Numbered from the stretch's first letter, positions 36,074 through 46,433 are shown. The stretch is 64,000 nt of DNA from a virus (IMGVR_UViG_3300005438_000006:5852-69851), one strand, 5' to 3'. Translations and numbers: made by a program. The notes: generated by a model from the sequence alone, not told the origin.

Positions 36074-39000
36074 CAGAGGTTCGCCAACTCGAACGCCTGC
36101 TGACGCGTCCAGGTGTGGGGATCAGGCGGTGGGGCGGCGAAGTAGTTGTTCACTTCGTTAACGGTACCAGTTCCCCCGCCCTGCGTCAAAGATGCGAGAG
36201 CCGCGCTTGACTGGCTGACGGCTTTCGTGATCGCGGCGGGGGTGTAGTTAGGCGTGCCTGCTGGCTGAGAAGCCGCCGAATAAATCGACGTGTCAGGAGA
36301 GACACCCCGGAACTGGACACCCGTGCCAGTAATGTTGCTGGCGAAGTCTTTGTAGAGGTTTTCGCGCGCCTCGCTAAGCGAAGCGGTCTGCTCACCGATA
36401 GTTCCCTGGCCGCCGTTGGTCAGCGATTCTTCGCGAAGCTGCTTTAGCTGTTCTCCCTTTTCAATGTCGTCCGCTACATTAGGCGTTCCAAGCGCGGCGT
36501 TGTACTCACGTTCTGCAATCTCCACCATCTGCTTGCGGGCGGCTTCTTCATTGCCCGTGTTGCGTTCGATTTCAGCTTTGATTAGCCCAGCACGCGCTGA
36601 TTCCATCTCAGATGATTCCCCAGCAGCTTCAGAGTACGGGGCATCAATCACGCCGGTTTCAATATCGGTCAGTTCCTGAAGGTCGCCGCCGGTTTCGAGC
36701 AGCGAGTCTTTCAACTGCGGCTCGGTCTCCGTTTTGAGTTCGTGTAGCTGTTCTTTCGCTTCCTTGATGATTTTCAGCGCGGCGTCGCGTTCTTCTTTCA
36801 GTTTCTTCTGGCGCTTTTTCCATTCGTTGATAGTGAATTTTTTGGCGCGTTTCTTCGCGTTGAAATCCTTAGTGGATTCGTTTTTGTTCTTTTCCATCGC
36901 GCTGTAGTCATGTTCCAGGCTGCCGAGCGTCCCGCCGACGTGGCTCAGTTCTTTGCGGATGCCTTTGACCGTCTTGGAGGCGGTATTTTTCTGTGCGTTG
37001 ATCTGTTTGACAACTTCCGGGAGTACCGGGCTGCGGATCGTTTCGTAATCGCGCATGACTGCGGTTTTATATTTACGCAGCAATCCGAAATTCCATTCGT
37101 TCATACGCCCAGCGGCAATCTCCCGTTCCTCGTGTTCCAACTCCGAGCCATAATGCCCTTCTTCGATTTCAGCGTCTTTTTCTAGCTGGTTGAACCGCTT
37201 GCTATATACAAGCGCATCGCTCGGGATGTAGTGGTGGCGCTTCGGGTTGATGGGCGGCGGGTGCGGGCCTGGGCCTTTTTTTGCAGCAGTGCCTTTTTTG
37301 CCCGAAGATTTTTTGCCTTTGCCTTTTTTGTACGCAGGGATGACTTCATAGCCAAGGTCGCCCGCAGCATCTTCAAGGTACTGTTCGTTGGAGGACCGGA
37401 ACGCCGGGTTAGTAGCGATCACGTACTCAGGATGCTGCGGTGCCTGCTCACCAACCAGCATCGTCGGCCGGTTGACGCGACGCGACGGTCCCGACTGACG
37501 CGTGACTGCCTGTTCGTTCGCCCGCTGAAGTTCGCGGTCGTTGATTCCACCCGTGGCGAAGTTAGAGTAGTAGCCAACCGCCGGGCCACCAGCGAAGCCG
37601 CCGCTCTTGTGCGTAACGACGTTGACGGTAACGGTTTTGCTTGACGGTAGCGATGCCAGGGCGCTCTGCACGGAGGAGATTGCGCCGAGTGCCTGCGAGT
37701 TGGTGGCAGTGATGTTCAATTTGTAGTTCTTTGCGGCACGCTTACCCGCGCCTTCCGCCGTCTTTGCCTTCGCGCTCGCATCATCAATAGCCGTGATGCG
37801 TGCCTGGTATTTTTGAGACGAAACGCGCTGTACGTTGTGGTGAAATGCGTTAGCCGCCGCGCCAGACTTGTCTTCAGCTTTCAACTCCGCTTTGTACTGT
37901 TTAGTGACAACCGCCGTCAGGTGGCTGCGCAGCCGCTGGATAGCCTGCTCAGCAGAGCTAGAGTTGGCAAGAATCCGCACCGTTGATTTAGTGCCAGACA
38001 GCCGCTGCGATAGCGAGCTTAGCCGTTTCAGTTTCGTCTGCGCCTGCGTGTCATTAGCGCCAACTTTGATCGTGGCGCGCGCACCTTCAACGCGGTTCGT
38101 CTGTTTCTGAAGCCGCTGAAGTTTAGAAATCGTCTGGTCGGCGCCCTGGGATTTAACGGCAATGTTTTTTACATCACCGCCGCGGCCGAGTTTAGTCAGC
38201 CGATTGCTAAGCGTAGTGACGCGCTCGATGTCCTTCGGGTCAACGAAGTTGCCGACCTTCCGCGCGACGTTCTGGCCCTGCGCCTTCGCCATTTCCCGCA
38301 GCCCTTCAGCGGCCTCATGCGTCAGCGGAGCGAGGTTCTTTGCCTGCCGTTCGAAGGGAATACGCGATAGCGTGACTGCGCGTTCCAACCCCGGCAGTTC
38401 CCGCATAACCTGTGCGCGCTCGCGCTCTCCCTCGGCCGCTTCTTTTGCGGCCTGGCCCTCTTTGCGGTAGGCGCCCGCGAGACCCTGACCAAGAACGCTG
38501 CTTGGCTTCGGTCCTTTACCTTCGCTGCTTTTCTTCGCGACTTCAATCGTCCGTTCGGCGGTTTCGAGGCGCGCTTTGGCTGCCTTGAGTCCATCTTTGT
38601 CCGCACGCACGGCTACGGCAGCGGCATGGCCGCGCGCCTGTATGGCCGCTGCCTGCTGCCGTTCAGCAGCGTTGAGGCGTTCAACAGCCGCCGTCTGCTT
38701 GGACATTGGAGCGCCCTGGTTGGTGACTTTCATCAAATGCGCGCGAGCTTCAGCGACGCTCTCTGAGACCGACCCCGAGCGCTGCAAGGAGGCAGTGTAG
38801 TTATCGGATGCCACCGCGATGTGATTCAGCGCATTGGGGATTTCATTGCTGCCTGCCTTGAAGGCCGTGACAGCCTGTTCGAACTGCGATTCTGAGTCAG
38901 CGAGGCTGGCAATCAAGAATCCCATGCTGGCCAGCGCGACCGGGGCGACCAACGGCGTTGCCAGGAGGCTCGTGAAGAGGCCAACGCGCGTCGTAGCGGC

Positions 39001-41052
39001 CGTGGCGGCGGCACCGGAGCGGCCGAGTCCCGCAACCAATTCTCCACCGCTGGCGGCAGCCGCTGCCGTGGATGCCGTGCGGAGCAGGCCGAGGCGGGTG
39101 GCGAGCGTGCCGATGGCATCGGCGTAGGACATGACTTTCGAGGAGACCCACAGACCGGCCAGTGCGATGCCGACCCCCTGGAAGACCTGCTTCAGCCCAA
39201 CGAGGTCGTCGGCGGCGCTGACGAGGTCGCCGATCCAGGTGACAACCTGGAGTAGTCCGTTGGCGACAGGGGCGGTCGCACGCGAGAACTCGAACAGGAG
39301 CTTGGTCAGGTGGCCCAGCGAGGACATGAAGTCTTCGGTGGCTACCTGAGAGTCATCGAAGAATTCAGACAGCCCACGTTTGCCGGACGCCGTCTGCGTC
39401 CACTTGTCCCAGCGCTGGATGACCTGATCCAGCGATTTGACCAGGCCATCGCCGGAGTCCGCGGAGGCGTCAAAGATGTGGGTGAGCAGCGAGCCGGTGT
39501 GCTGGGTCAGATGTCCGAAGTCCCGCATCTGATTGACCATCCCGCCGACATCGCTCTGCAAGTCCTTGCCGCCGCCAACCGCCCGCTCCAGGTTGTCAGC
39601 CCACTCAGCAAAGCCATTGGACAGGCTTGGGAGGAAATGCGCCCCCGCGGCCGAGAGGCGGCCGAACATTGCAATGAGTGATCCAAACCCACTGGCGAGG
39701 TCGGGAATCGACGCCCGGAAATCGGACATGATGTTGCCAAGAATCTGTTTCGCCTCCGGGGAGCGGAGCGACTTCATCCAACCCTCCCACGCCTTGCCTG
39801 CGACCTGCGTGGTTTTAACGCTTTCATCGGCGAAGGCAGGCAGTAGCGCCTGCGCCGTCTTGATGCTCTGGCCCATCGCATCGAACACCGCGGGGCGGGC
39901 GCCCTTGGTGAGGGTCTTCCACTGATCCTTCAGGCCACCGAGAGACTGGAACGCCTCACGCGCTACCGGACTGACACCGTGCAACTCATGGTTCAGCCGT
40001 TCCTGCGCCGTGGCGACCTCATCGCTGCCCTTGCCATATTTCAACTGCGCTTTATGCAACGCCTCGCTAGCTGCCGAGACTTCTTTGAATTCACCGATCA
40101 TCGGGCCAATGACGAAGCCGACGCCTGCCGCCGACAGCGTCAGGCCCGTGAGGGCGCCCGCACCAACGGTAGCGGCGCCGACCAGGCCCTCTCCAATGGT
40201 GCCAGCCAGTGCCGTGAGGCCGCCGCCCAACTCGAAGATCAGCGGGCCAAGCAGCGCGAGGCCGGTCCCCAGTCCTTTGAAGCTCGTGGTAAGCGGTCCA
40301 ATGCGAATGCTAGTGTCACCCAAACGCGACAGCCACCGTCCCCAGACGGTATTGTTGCGCTGAATCTCCGGGTCAAGATCAGCGACGCTGCCGCCCAAGC
40401 GCTCGATTTTATGTTTGACGTAGTCTGCCTCAGCGGCGACCCGCTCCAGCTTGCGCGCCTCCTTCTCAGCGGTTGCAATAGAGTTAGGTGAGAACACCCG
40501 GCGGCTGGACTTTTCCAAACCAATTTGGCGGCCGCGTAGTTTCTCGTACTCCGCGGAGAGCCGTGCGACCTCGGCGCGATGCTTGATGACATTGTCGGTG
40601 GCACGGTCGCGCTCTACAGACAGACGATGCTCTGCTTTGGCCTGCTGGAGCGCAGAACGTTCGCTAAGCGTCCGCTCCTTGGCGAGCAGGCGCTCAGCGT
40701 CGTGCGCTGCTTTGACCTGCCGCGAGTCAATTTGAATCGTGCGCTTTTTATCCGTGAGCGCTTTAAGCTGCGCCTCCGCCGTTGCGATTTCTTTGTCGAA
40801 GTGTTTCTTCGCCAGGTCGAGCGTTGCCGTCGCACGACGCATTTTGAAATAGTCTAGTTCGCCTTTCGCCTCGTGGATTTGTTTATCGAAGTCCGTCTTT
40901 TTGAGGTTAAGCGTTGCCTCCGCTTTCTTGCGCGCAAGCTCGGCGAAGTCACGGTCAACTTTCGCCTTGAAGGCAGCAAGCTCTGCCTCCCCAGGACCAG
41001 CGTTGACGTGGATGTCAACGTACGCCTCGCCAACGCGGTCCCCAGGGGGCAT
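36073..41052 (-). CDS. tape measure protein
   Basis: 1659 aa; MP..DRVGEAYVDI start; Ala/Gly-rich hydrophobic core; position after the chaperone genes. Confidence 0.92.
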   Translation of the reverse strand: MPPGDRVGEAYVDIHVNAGPGEAELAAFKAKVDRDFAELARKKAEATLNLKKTDFDKQIHEAKGELDYFKMRRATATLDLAKKHFDKEIATAEAQLKALTDKKRTIQIDSRQVKAAHDAERLLAKERTLSERSALQQAKAEHRLSVERDRATDNVIKHRAEVARLSAEYEKLRGRQIGLEKSSRRVFSPNSIATAEKEARKLERVAAEADYVKHKIERLGGSVADLDPEIQRNNTVWGRWLSRLGDTSIRIGPLTTSFKGLGTGLALLGPLIFELGGGLTALAGTIGEGLVGAATVGAGALTGLTLSAAGVGFVIGPMIGEFKEVSAASEALHKAQLKYGKGSDEVATAQERLNHELHGVSPVAREAFQSLGGLKDQWKTLTKGARPAVFDAMGQSIKTAQALLPAFADESVKTTQVAGKAWEGWMKSLRSPEAKQILGNIMSDFRASIPDLASGFGSLIAMFGRLSAAGAHFLPSLSNGFAEWADNLERAVGGGKDLQSDVGGMVNQMRDFGHLTQHTGSLLTHIFDASADSGDGLVKSLDQVIQRWDKWTQTASGKRGLSEFFDDSQVATEDFMSSLGHLTKLLFEFSRATAPVANGLLQVVTWIGDLVSAADDLVGLKQVFQGVGIALAGLWVSSKVMSYADAIGTLATRLGLLRTASTAAAAASGGELVAGLGRSGAAATAATTRVGLFTSLLATPLVAPVALASMGFLIASLADSESQFEQAVTAFKAGSNEIPNALNHIAVASDNYTASLQRSGSVSESVAEARAHLMKVTNQGAPMSKQTAAVERLNAAERQQAAAIQARGHAAAVAVRADKDGLKAAKARLETAERTIEVAKKSSEGKGPKPSSVLGQGLAGAYRKEGQAAKEAAEGERERAQVMRELPGLERAVTLSRIPFERQAKNLAPLTHEAAEGLREMAKAQGQNVARKVGNFVDPKDIERVTTLSNRLTKLGRGGDVKNIAVKSQGADQTISKLQRLQKQTNRVEGARATIKVGANDTQAQTKLKRLSSLSQRLSGTKSTVRILANSSSAEQAIQRLRSHLTAVVTKQYKAELKAEDKSGAAANAFHHNVQRVSSQKYQARITAIDDASAKAKTAEGAGKRAAKNYKLNITATNSQALGAISSVQSALASLPSSKTVTVNVVTHKSGGFAGGPAVGYYSNFATGGINDRELQRANEQAVTRQSGPSRRVNRPTMLVGEQAPQHPEYVIATNPAFRSSNEQYLEDAAGDLGYEVIPAYKKGKGKKSSGKKGTAAKKGPGPHPPPINPKRHHYIPSDALVYSKRFNQLEKDAEIEEGHYGSELEHEEREIAAGRMNEWNFGLLRKYKTAVMRDYETIRSPVLPEVVKQINAQKNTASKTVKGIRKELSHVGGTLGSLEHDYSAMEKNKNESTKDFNAKKRAKKFTINEWKKRQKKLKEERDAALKIIKEAKEQLHELKTETEPQLKDSLLETGGDLQELTDIETGVIDAPYSEAAGESSEMESARAGLIKAEIERNTGNEEAARKQMVEIAEREYNAALGTPNVADDIEKGEQLKQLREESLTNGGQGTIGEQTASLSEARENLYKDFASNITGTGVQFRGVSPDTSIYSAASQPAGTPNYTPAAITKAVSQSSAALASLTQGGGTGTVNEVNNYFAAPPPDPHTWTRQQAFELANL

Positions 41053-41286
41053 TACCGACTACCTCCTTCCGTCAGGCCCATCTCTTTGGCCCAATCCTTG
41101 TGAGTCGCCATCCAATCCTGGCGCTCACGGTCTTTAGTCACTTCCTGCTTTTCTACCGCAGCCCGAGTGACCAGCGCCTCAGTGACCAAGAAGTTGGTCA
41201 CGTCATCTTCGCTGAATGTCGGGAGCGGCATTCCTGACTCCTTACAAGTCCAGAATATCCTCGTCGCCAGACTCGATCCCACGAAA
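41052..41286 (-). CDS. tail assembly chaperone extension (frameshift product)
   Basis: Open +1 frame overlapping the end of the chaperone gene, reachable at TTT-CGT. Confidence 0.6.
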
Positions 41287-41715
41287 CTTGCGGAAATCGG
41301 CGGAGACCTCCAGGCCGCCAATGTGGTGCCCCTTCACGTCCATATCGCGCCGCCGCGAAGCAAGTTCGACCAGGACTTCCAGGTCTGGCGTCGGGACCGT
41401 CTCTTTGACCTCCTCCGGGGTCAGCGACGGCTCAACGAGGGTTTTGCTAACGAGCCACTGGTGGAAGCCCGCGAGCTTGGTCAGGTTCTCCTTTTTTTCC
41501 TCCGGCGTCGGCTCCTCATCTGGGGCGTCGGCCTTCGGCAGCGTTGGAACAGCGTACTGAAGCAGATCGTTGTCCAACTCACCGGCCTGCGCCATCTTGG
41601 CGAGGTTGGGGATGGTGATGTTGACGACGGCTCCCGAGGGGAGCGTCACGGTGTGGACGCCTGCTTTCTTCCAAGCGCTCTTACTGACGGGTTTTGGTGC
41701 GGTGCTGCTGGTCAC
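41242..41715 (-). CDS. tail assembly chaperone
   Basis: Between tail tube and TMP; AAGGAGG SD. Confidence 0.8.
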   Translation of the reverse strand: MTSSTAPKPVSKSAWKKAGVHTVTLPSGAVVNITIPNLAKMAQAGELDNDLLQYAVPTLPKADAPDEEPTPEEKKENLTKLAGFHQWLVSKTLVEPSLTPEEVKETVPTPDLEVLVELASRRRDMDVKGHHIGGLEVSADFRKFRGIESGDEDILDL

Positions 41716-41866
41716 TTGTGTCCTCCTTGGACTGTAGTTTGTCGATGCGGTCGCGGAGTGCGGCCGCCTGCTGGTTCACCCAACGCGAGTCCCGATACAG
41801 CTTCTTGGCATCAGCGGCCAGGGCTGCGGCGTCATCGCGGAGCGTGTCTAGAGTGACTGCCTCCAT
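41681..41866 (-). CDS. small coiled-coil protein, leaderless
   Basis: TATGCT 6 nt before the ATG. Confidence 0.5.
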   Translation of the reverse strand: MEAVTLDTLRDDAAALAADAKKLYRDSRWVNQQAAALRDRIDKLQSKEDTSDQQHRTKTRQ

Positions 41867-41885
41867 TCAACTAGCATAGCAGTCA

Positions 41886-41910
41886 AGAAGAAGACCGCCC
41901 GAAGGCGGCC
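41886..41910 (-). terminator. intrinsic terminator after the tail tube gene
   Basis: GGCCGCC-TTCG-GGCGGTC-TTCTT. Confidence 0.75.
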
Positions 41911-41941
41911 TTAGTGACACGCAAGCTAGGTTGAGCGGGGA

Positions 41942-42910
41942 TCAGGTAGCGACCTGATTTTTGACGGTGGCTTTGACGAAGCCTTCCGCGTGACGCTGCG
42001 CAGCGCCGCGAACGGCGGCCGTGACTGGCGCCCCACCGGCATCCGGCTCGATGGGGAACTCGGTGTACGCCGTTTTGGGGATGACCAGGGAGAGGCTGTT
42101 GTTGACCGAGGCGCCCGCGAATTCGAAGGTCAGGTTTTCGGTCGTGAAGATCGACGCGCTCTGCGTCGTTCCAGCTTCCGCGCCGTAGTGAAATTTGTTG
42201 TACTCTTTCAGGTCTTCGACAATGTAGTCGAAACCGAGCGTGACGGCCAGCGGACCCTCAACGATGTCGAATGGAACCGAGTCGTCCGTCTGCTGGACGG
42301 TCAGGTTGTTCGAAATCGTGAGTTCGAACGAGGAAACGAGGCGGGTTTCCGCGCCGCCGATTTTGACGGTCGCGTTGTTGAAGTTGAGCGGGGCGGCAGT
42401 GGAGGTTGCCGGGGGCGCAAGTTCCGCAGACCATTCCGCAGCTTTCCGCACCGCGGAGCGGCCCTGGAAGCTGGCAGCGACGGTCCCCGGCTGGCCGGTG
42501 GCCCAGGAGAGCGAAAGCTCATCAACTTTGAGGTCGTTGAACTGCTCGAAGAGGGTTGCGCCCTGGCCCTTGCCGACCGTGACGTACGGCAGGGCAGCGG
42601 CCGCGGAGATTTTGTGCGTGAAGTTGGTCGAGCCTTCGTGGGTCGCTGCCCCGAGGGCGTATTCCAGAAGGTGGTGAATCGAGGCGTCGCGAATGTACGC
42701 CGCGGGCTGACCCTCAGACCCGGTCTGCGTGACGAAGAAGTCACCAGAGTTACGCGAGGAGTCCGTCTCGGAAAGCTGATCGGTCTGACGCGACGGGCTG
42801 ATGTTGCCGTCCGTGAACAGCAGGGTGTCCTGCCATTTCGTCGGTTCGACGCCTTTAGCGGACTGCTTGGCGACGGTCCAGAATGCCTGATTTCCGCGAA
42901 GACCAGTCAT
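41942..42910 (-). CDS. major tail tube protein
   Basis: 322 aa, beta-rich; followed by a terminator; canonical position. Confidence 0.82.
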   Translation of the reverse strand: MTGLRGNQAFWTVAKQSAKGVEPTKWQDTLLFTDGNISPSRQTDQLSETDSSRNSGDFFVTQTGSEGQPAAYIRDASIHHLLEYALGAATHEGSTNFTHKISAAAALPYVTVGKGQGATLFEQFNDLKVDELSLSWATGQPGTVAASFQGRSAVRKAAEWSAELAPPATSTAAPLNFNNATVKIGGAETRLVSSFELTISNNLTVQQTDDSVPFDIVEGPLAVTLGFDYIVEDLKEYNKFHYGAEAGTTQSASIFTTENLTFEFAGASVNNSLSLVIPKTAYTEFPIEPDAGGAPVTAAVRGAAQRHAEGFVKATVKNQVAT

Positions 42911-43245
42911 TAGGAAATAACCTCAACGTTCGTGAGGTACGTGACCTGCTCGGCAACCTCCGGCGGTACATCAACGTAGGAATTCTCGTCCTCGAAGGTG
43001 ATGTCCTCAGTGTTGGCAAGGCTGACTACCAGTGGGTAGTCAATCTCAACGTCAGCGGCCGGGGCGAGCGTGACTTCGGGAGCCTCTTCGACCGGGGAGT
43101 CCTCTGCTGGCGACTCGTCACCAGCGGGCGAGCCTGCGATCTTTGGCGTCGTCTCAACTAGGTCTTTGGCGATGGCTTCCTGCTCAGCCACTTCGGCGGC
43201 GCGCTCCTCGTCAGAGACGAGAGAGGTCTGGGACGACGGGGTCAT
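42910..43245 (-). CDS. acidic virion-module protein, leaderless
   Basis: TACACT 7 nt before the ATG. Confidence 0.55.
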   Translation of the reverse strand: MTPSSQTSLVSDEERAAEVAEQEAIAKDLVETTPKIAGSPAGDESPAEDSPVEEAPEVTLAPAADVEIDYPLVVSLANTEDITFEDENSYVDVPPEVAEQVTYLTNVEVIS

Positions 43246-43267
43246 GCTCCGCAGTGTAGCACAGGCA

Positions 43268-43732
43268 TCAAGCAGAAGTCTCGATGAGGGCCGAGTTCTG
43301 GGCCTTGCCCGTGACGGTCGCCATCAGGCGGCTGATGTTGCCGCCGGGGTCAGGTGGGAAGTCGATACGCGTGATCTGGTAGAACCAGAGATGTTCGTCG
43401 GCGCCGACCGCGCCCTGGTTGCCATCGGCCTTCAGCGCGCGGCGAATACGCTCCGCCCATTCCTCAACTGGAGCGGGGTCAATCGTGCGATCTGGGTCCA
43501 CTTCGGGCGCCCACTTGCCAAACAACTGAATGTAGATAGTGGGTTCCAGCACCAACTCGTTGCCGAGCGGAGACGAAGTCGAACCCGGATAGGTAGCACC
43601 AATTGCGCCTTCGCGACCTTTCGAATCATGCAGTTTATCGTCAAGGAATTTGATGCCCTCAGTCGAAAACTCAGCTTCGAGCGCCGCCTTGATGCGCTGG
43701 CGCAGTTTGGTCTCGGGGGCGGTGACAGCCAT
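43268..43732 (-). CDS. tail terminator-like protein
   Basis: Position in the neck gene block. Confidence 0.6.
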   Translation of the reverse strand: MAVTAPETKLRQRIKAALEAEFSTEGIKFLDDKLHDSKGREGAIGATYPGSTSSPLGNELVLEPTIYIQLFGKWAPEVDPDRTIDPAPVEEWAERIRRALKADGNQGAVGADEHLWFYQITRIDFPPDPGGNISRLMATVTGKAQNSALIETSA

Positions 43733-44136
43733 CAGGGCATGTTAGCGCGAATGATGCCCATGATGCGGGCGGTGACGAAGCGAAGCGCGTTGCGCATGAA
43801 GTGGGTTGCCGGGTTGCCGGGGTGCAGGACCGGGCCGCGCACCGGGCCGAATTCGTCGCCCATCAGCGTCTCCGACTCCCAACCGATCCAGTGTGGTGCG
43901 GCGCCCTCCTCCTGCGGAATCGCGTGCGGGAGGGAGCCGGTCGCAAAGCCTTTACCGGTAGAGTGAACCGATCCCGCCAGGCCACCGGAGCGCTTTGGCG
44001 CCAGCATGGCGGCAACCTGCGCGCCCAAGTTGCTGGCATCGCGCTGCGAGCGCTGGGCGCCGACCGATAGGGCCGCCGCGAAGCGCCCAAACTCGTCACG
44101 CCACTGGACGCTCGTGCTGATTCCGATGTCAGCCAT
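43732..44136 (-). CDS. HK97 gp10-like tail completion protein
   Basis: APKRSGGLAGSV, EEGAAPH, HPGNPATHFMR. Confidence 0.75.
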   Translation of the reverse strand: MADIGISTSVQWRDEFGRFAAALSVGAQRSQRDASNLGAQVAAMLAPKRSGGLAGSVHSTGKGFATGSLPHAIPQEEGAAPHWIGWESETLMGDEFGPVRGPVLHPGNPATHFMRNALRFVTARIMGIIRANMP

Positions 44137-44138
44137 GC

Positions 44139-44810
44139 TCAGAGCGCGATGCGCCGGTACGGCTCTAGCAGAGCGGTGATGCGTGCCGGAAGCTGCGACT
44201 GTTCGTTCATCCGCTGGTAGACGAAGTTAAGGTCAGCGATGCCTTCGGCCTGAATATCTCCCTGCGTGCCCTCTTTCTTGCGGAACTCATCCACAAGCCA
44301 CACAACCGCCTGCTTGACGCTCGCCGGAGCGCCGCCAGGCCAGCCAAATTTCGCGGCGACCTGCACGCTGGCGTACTGGCGGGCGCGACCTGGAGTCGCG
44401 AGCAGTACGTCTTCGTTGCGCGTGAAGCCCATCAGTGGCGACTGCCGCGGGACGCCGGAGAAGTCGATGAAGTAGAACGTCTCGCCCTCGCGCGGGCCGG
44501 GGATGAAGTTCTGCCCCGTCAGAGGCTGCCCTCCCACGGTGACGGCCGTCACGTCCACGAAGTCGTCGGTCTCCAAGATGCCTGAGCCATCGTAGTTGTA
44601 GGTACGCGTTTCGATGGTGCCCGCCTGACCGAAGTCGCGGCCGGTATAGCGCAGAACGGCATCTTCAGCGGACGCCAAGGCAGCCTCCGTGGCTTCGTCG
44701 CGCTCCGCAGACGCTTCAGTGATTTCACGCCGTTTCTTGTATTCGTCCAGCGTGATAATTTTGCTCCCGCCGCCGACAGCAGAGGGTTTCGTGTAGATGA
44801 TTTCGCTCAT
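44139..44810 (-). CDS. head-tail connector/adaptor
   Basis: ITLDEYK, AEDAVLRYTGRDF, GWPGGAPASVKQAV, LLEPYRR. Confidence 0.8.
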   Translation of the reverse strand: MSEIIYTKPSAVGGGSKIITLDEYKKRREITEASAERDEATEAALASAEDAVLRYTGRDFGQAGTIETRTYNYDGSGILETDDFVDVTAVTVGGQPLTGQNFIPGPREGETFYFIDFSGVPRQSPLMGFTRNEDVLLATPGRARQYASVQVAAKFGWPGGAPASVKQAVVWLVDEFRKKEGTQGDIQAEGIADLNFVYQRMNEQSQLPARITALLEPYRRIAL

Positions 44811-45148
44811 CCAAGCTCCTCCACGATTTCCAGTTCCTTGTAGGAATCGTTCGGGATCGACTGTACCTTGCCGGTGGCCCACGTAATCTCGAATTCCATT
44901 TTGTAGACGCCAGGCGTCCCAGTGTCGGCGGGTTCTTCGCCCGCGGCAGCCTCCCATTCATATGAGATTTTGCCGTTGGGGGCATCCGTGATGTCCACCG
45001 GGCCGGTTTTGACCGTGACGGTGTCAGATTTCAACAGGATGCGAACTTCGGAGGCTTCCGTCAGGTCGATGGCCACATCGCCGTCGCCTTTCAGCGTGGC
45101 CGTGAGCGGCGGCCAGGTGTCGTTCTGCTTGATGATGAAGTCGGCCAT
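44807..45148 (-). CDS. BppU-N-like Ig-fold structural protein
   Basis: FIIKQNDTWPPLTATL, GKISYEW, DTGTPGVYKMEFEITW. Confidence 0.7.
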   Translation of the reverse strand: MADFIIKQNDTWPPLTATLKGDGDVAIDLTEASEVRILLKSDTVTVKTGPVDITDAPNGKISYEWEAAAGEEPADTGTPGVYKMEFEITWATGKVQSIPNDSYKELEIVEELG

Positions 45149-45405
45149 CAGTCTATGGTAGCGGTAGTGGCCGAAGACGGCTCGATGTCAGCGTCGCTAT
45201 CGCTCGGGAGAGCCACAGCGACGCTCGTGGTGACATCCGGGGCGGCGGAGGCGCCGTGGGCGTCTACGGCGGCGCTGGCGGCGCGAGAGAGGGTGTCTGC
45301 CGCGCTCTCGGCGCTCTCGACGGCCGCCGCAGGATGCTCCTCAGCAGGCAGCGGCTGTTCGCCCAGCGGGAACGGGAGCTTCAGGTGTCCGCTGAGGCGG
45401 CTCAT
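45148..45405 (-). CDS. Ala/Ser-rich small protein
   Basis: ATGA-coupled ORF. Confidence 0.4.
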   Translation of the reverse strand: MSRLSGHLKLPFPLGEQPLPAEEHPAAAVESAESAADTLSRAASAAVDAHGASAAPDVTTSVAVALPSDSDADIEPSSATTATID

Positions 45406-46433
45406 ACTTCGCTCGGCACCAGCCAAGGGTTCTGGCTTCCTGCGAAGCCGCCTTCCAAGGTGGACGGGAAGGCACCCGATTCAGTGCGGATGAGGAAGAT
45501 GCGATTGCCCAGCGTGCCGGTTCCAGCGATGTCGCCGACGTTCGCGTTGTTGCTGACAACGGCAACAAGCTGCGGGGTACCAGTGACGGTTTCCGGCTGG
45601 GCGCCGACGTAGTAGACCGAGCCAGGTTCGCAGACTGCCGCCGCGGTCATTTCAACGGCCTTCGGACCAAGCGTGGTGGTGTTGACGGCTTTGTAGCCTG
45701 CGCTGGCGAGGCGTTCGAATTTGGACCCGTTGAGTTTGAAGATCGCTGCATCGTATTTGTCTTCGGCGCCGTTCACTACAGCAACGCCGAACCGAACGAA
45801 TTTGAATTCGCGTTTCTTCGCCACAGTAAAGCGGCTGAAGTAGCCGCGTTTGGCGGTGAGCGTCGTGGTGGTCGAGCCGTGGTAGCCCATCGGCACGATG
45901 TAGGGGAGGCCGTCGTAGGGATCGTACTGTGGCAGCGCAAGCGCGTCGGCACCACCGAACTGATGGGCAGATGCGTGAGTGGCGGCCGCGGCGTTCGTGA
46001 TGGTGCGGAGTTCGGCTGAGGAGAGCGCCGCCAGGAGGCTGCGGCCGAGCGTCGTGGTGGTGAGGGCGGCGATGGCCGTTAGGTCGGAATCGAGCGGCTG
46101 GCTAGCGGCCTGGGCGGCGGCGGCAGCGCCCGCGGCGTCGAAGGCGCCAGTTGACTGGGCGGCCGCGGTGCCAAGAGCAAGCGCTTCCCGAACGGCGGCG
46201 GCGCTGGCTTTCGTCAGGAGTTCGCGACCAAAGGACGCCGTCGTCAGCGCGGCGATGGCCGTCAGGTCGGCGTCTTTCGGCTGCATCGTCGCTTCGACAG
46301 CTTCGCCGAGTTCCGTGACCATCGTGTCGGCGTAGTCGGTCGTGCGGGTTTCGATTTCCGCGGCCTCCGCAGCGTCGAAGACCGTTGCTTCAGGATCGGG
46401 GAGGTCTTTCCGTTCTTTCGGGGCGATGGGCAT
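45402..46433 (-). CDS. fibre/decoration-like protein with QPxDxDLTAIAALTT repeats
   Basis: Two repeat units plus a C-terminal beta-sandwich; leaderless (TAGACT, 6 nt). Confidence 0.6.
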   Translation of the reverse strand: MPIAPKERKDLPDPEATVFDAAEAAEIETRTTDYADTMVTELGEAVEATMQPKDADLTAIAALTTASFGRELLTKASAAAVREALALGTAAAQSTGAFDAAGAAAAAQAASQPLDSDLTAIAALTTTTLGRSLLAALSSAELRTITNAAAATHASAHQFGGADALALPQYDPYDGLPYIVPMGYHGSTTTTLTAKRGYFSRFTVAKKREFKFVRFGVAVVNGAEDKYDAAIFKLNGSKFERLASAGYKAVNTTTLGPKAVEMTAAAVCEPGSVYYVGAQPETVTGTPQLVAVVSNNANVGDIAGTGTLGNRIFLIRTESGAFPSTLEGGFAGSQNPWLVPSEV

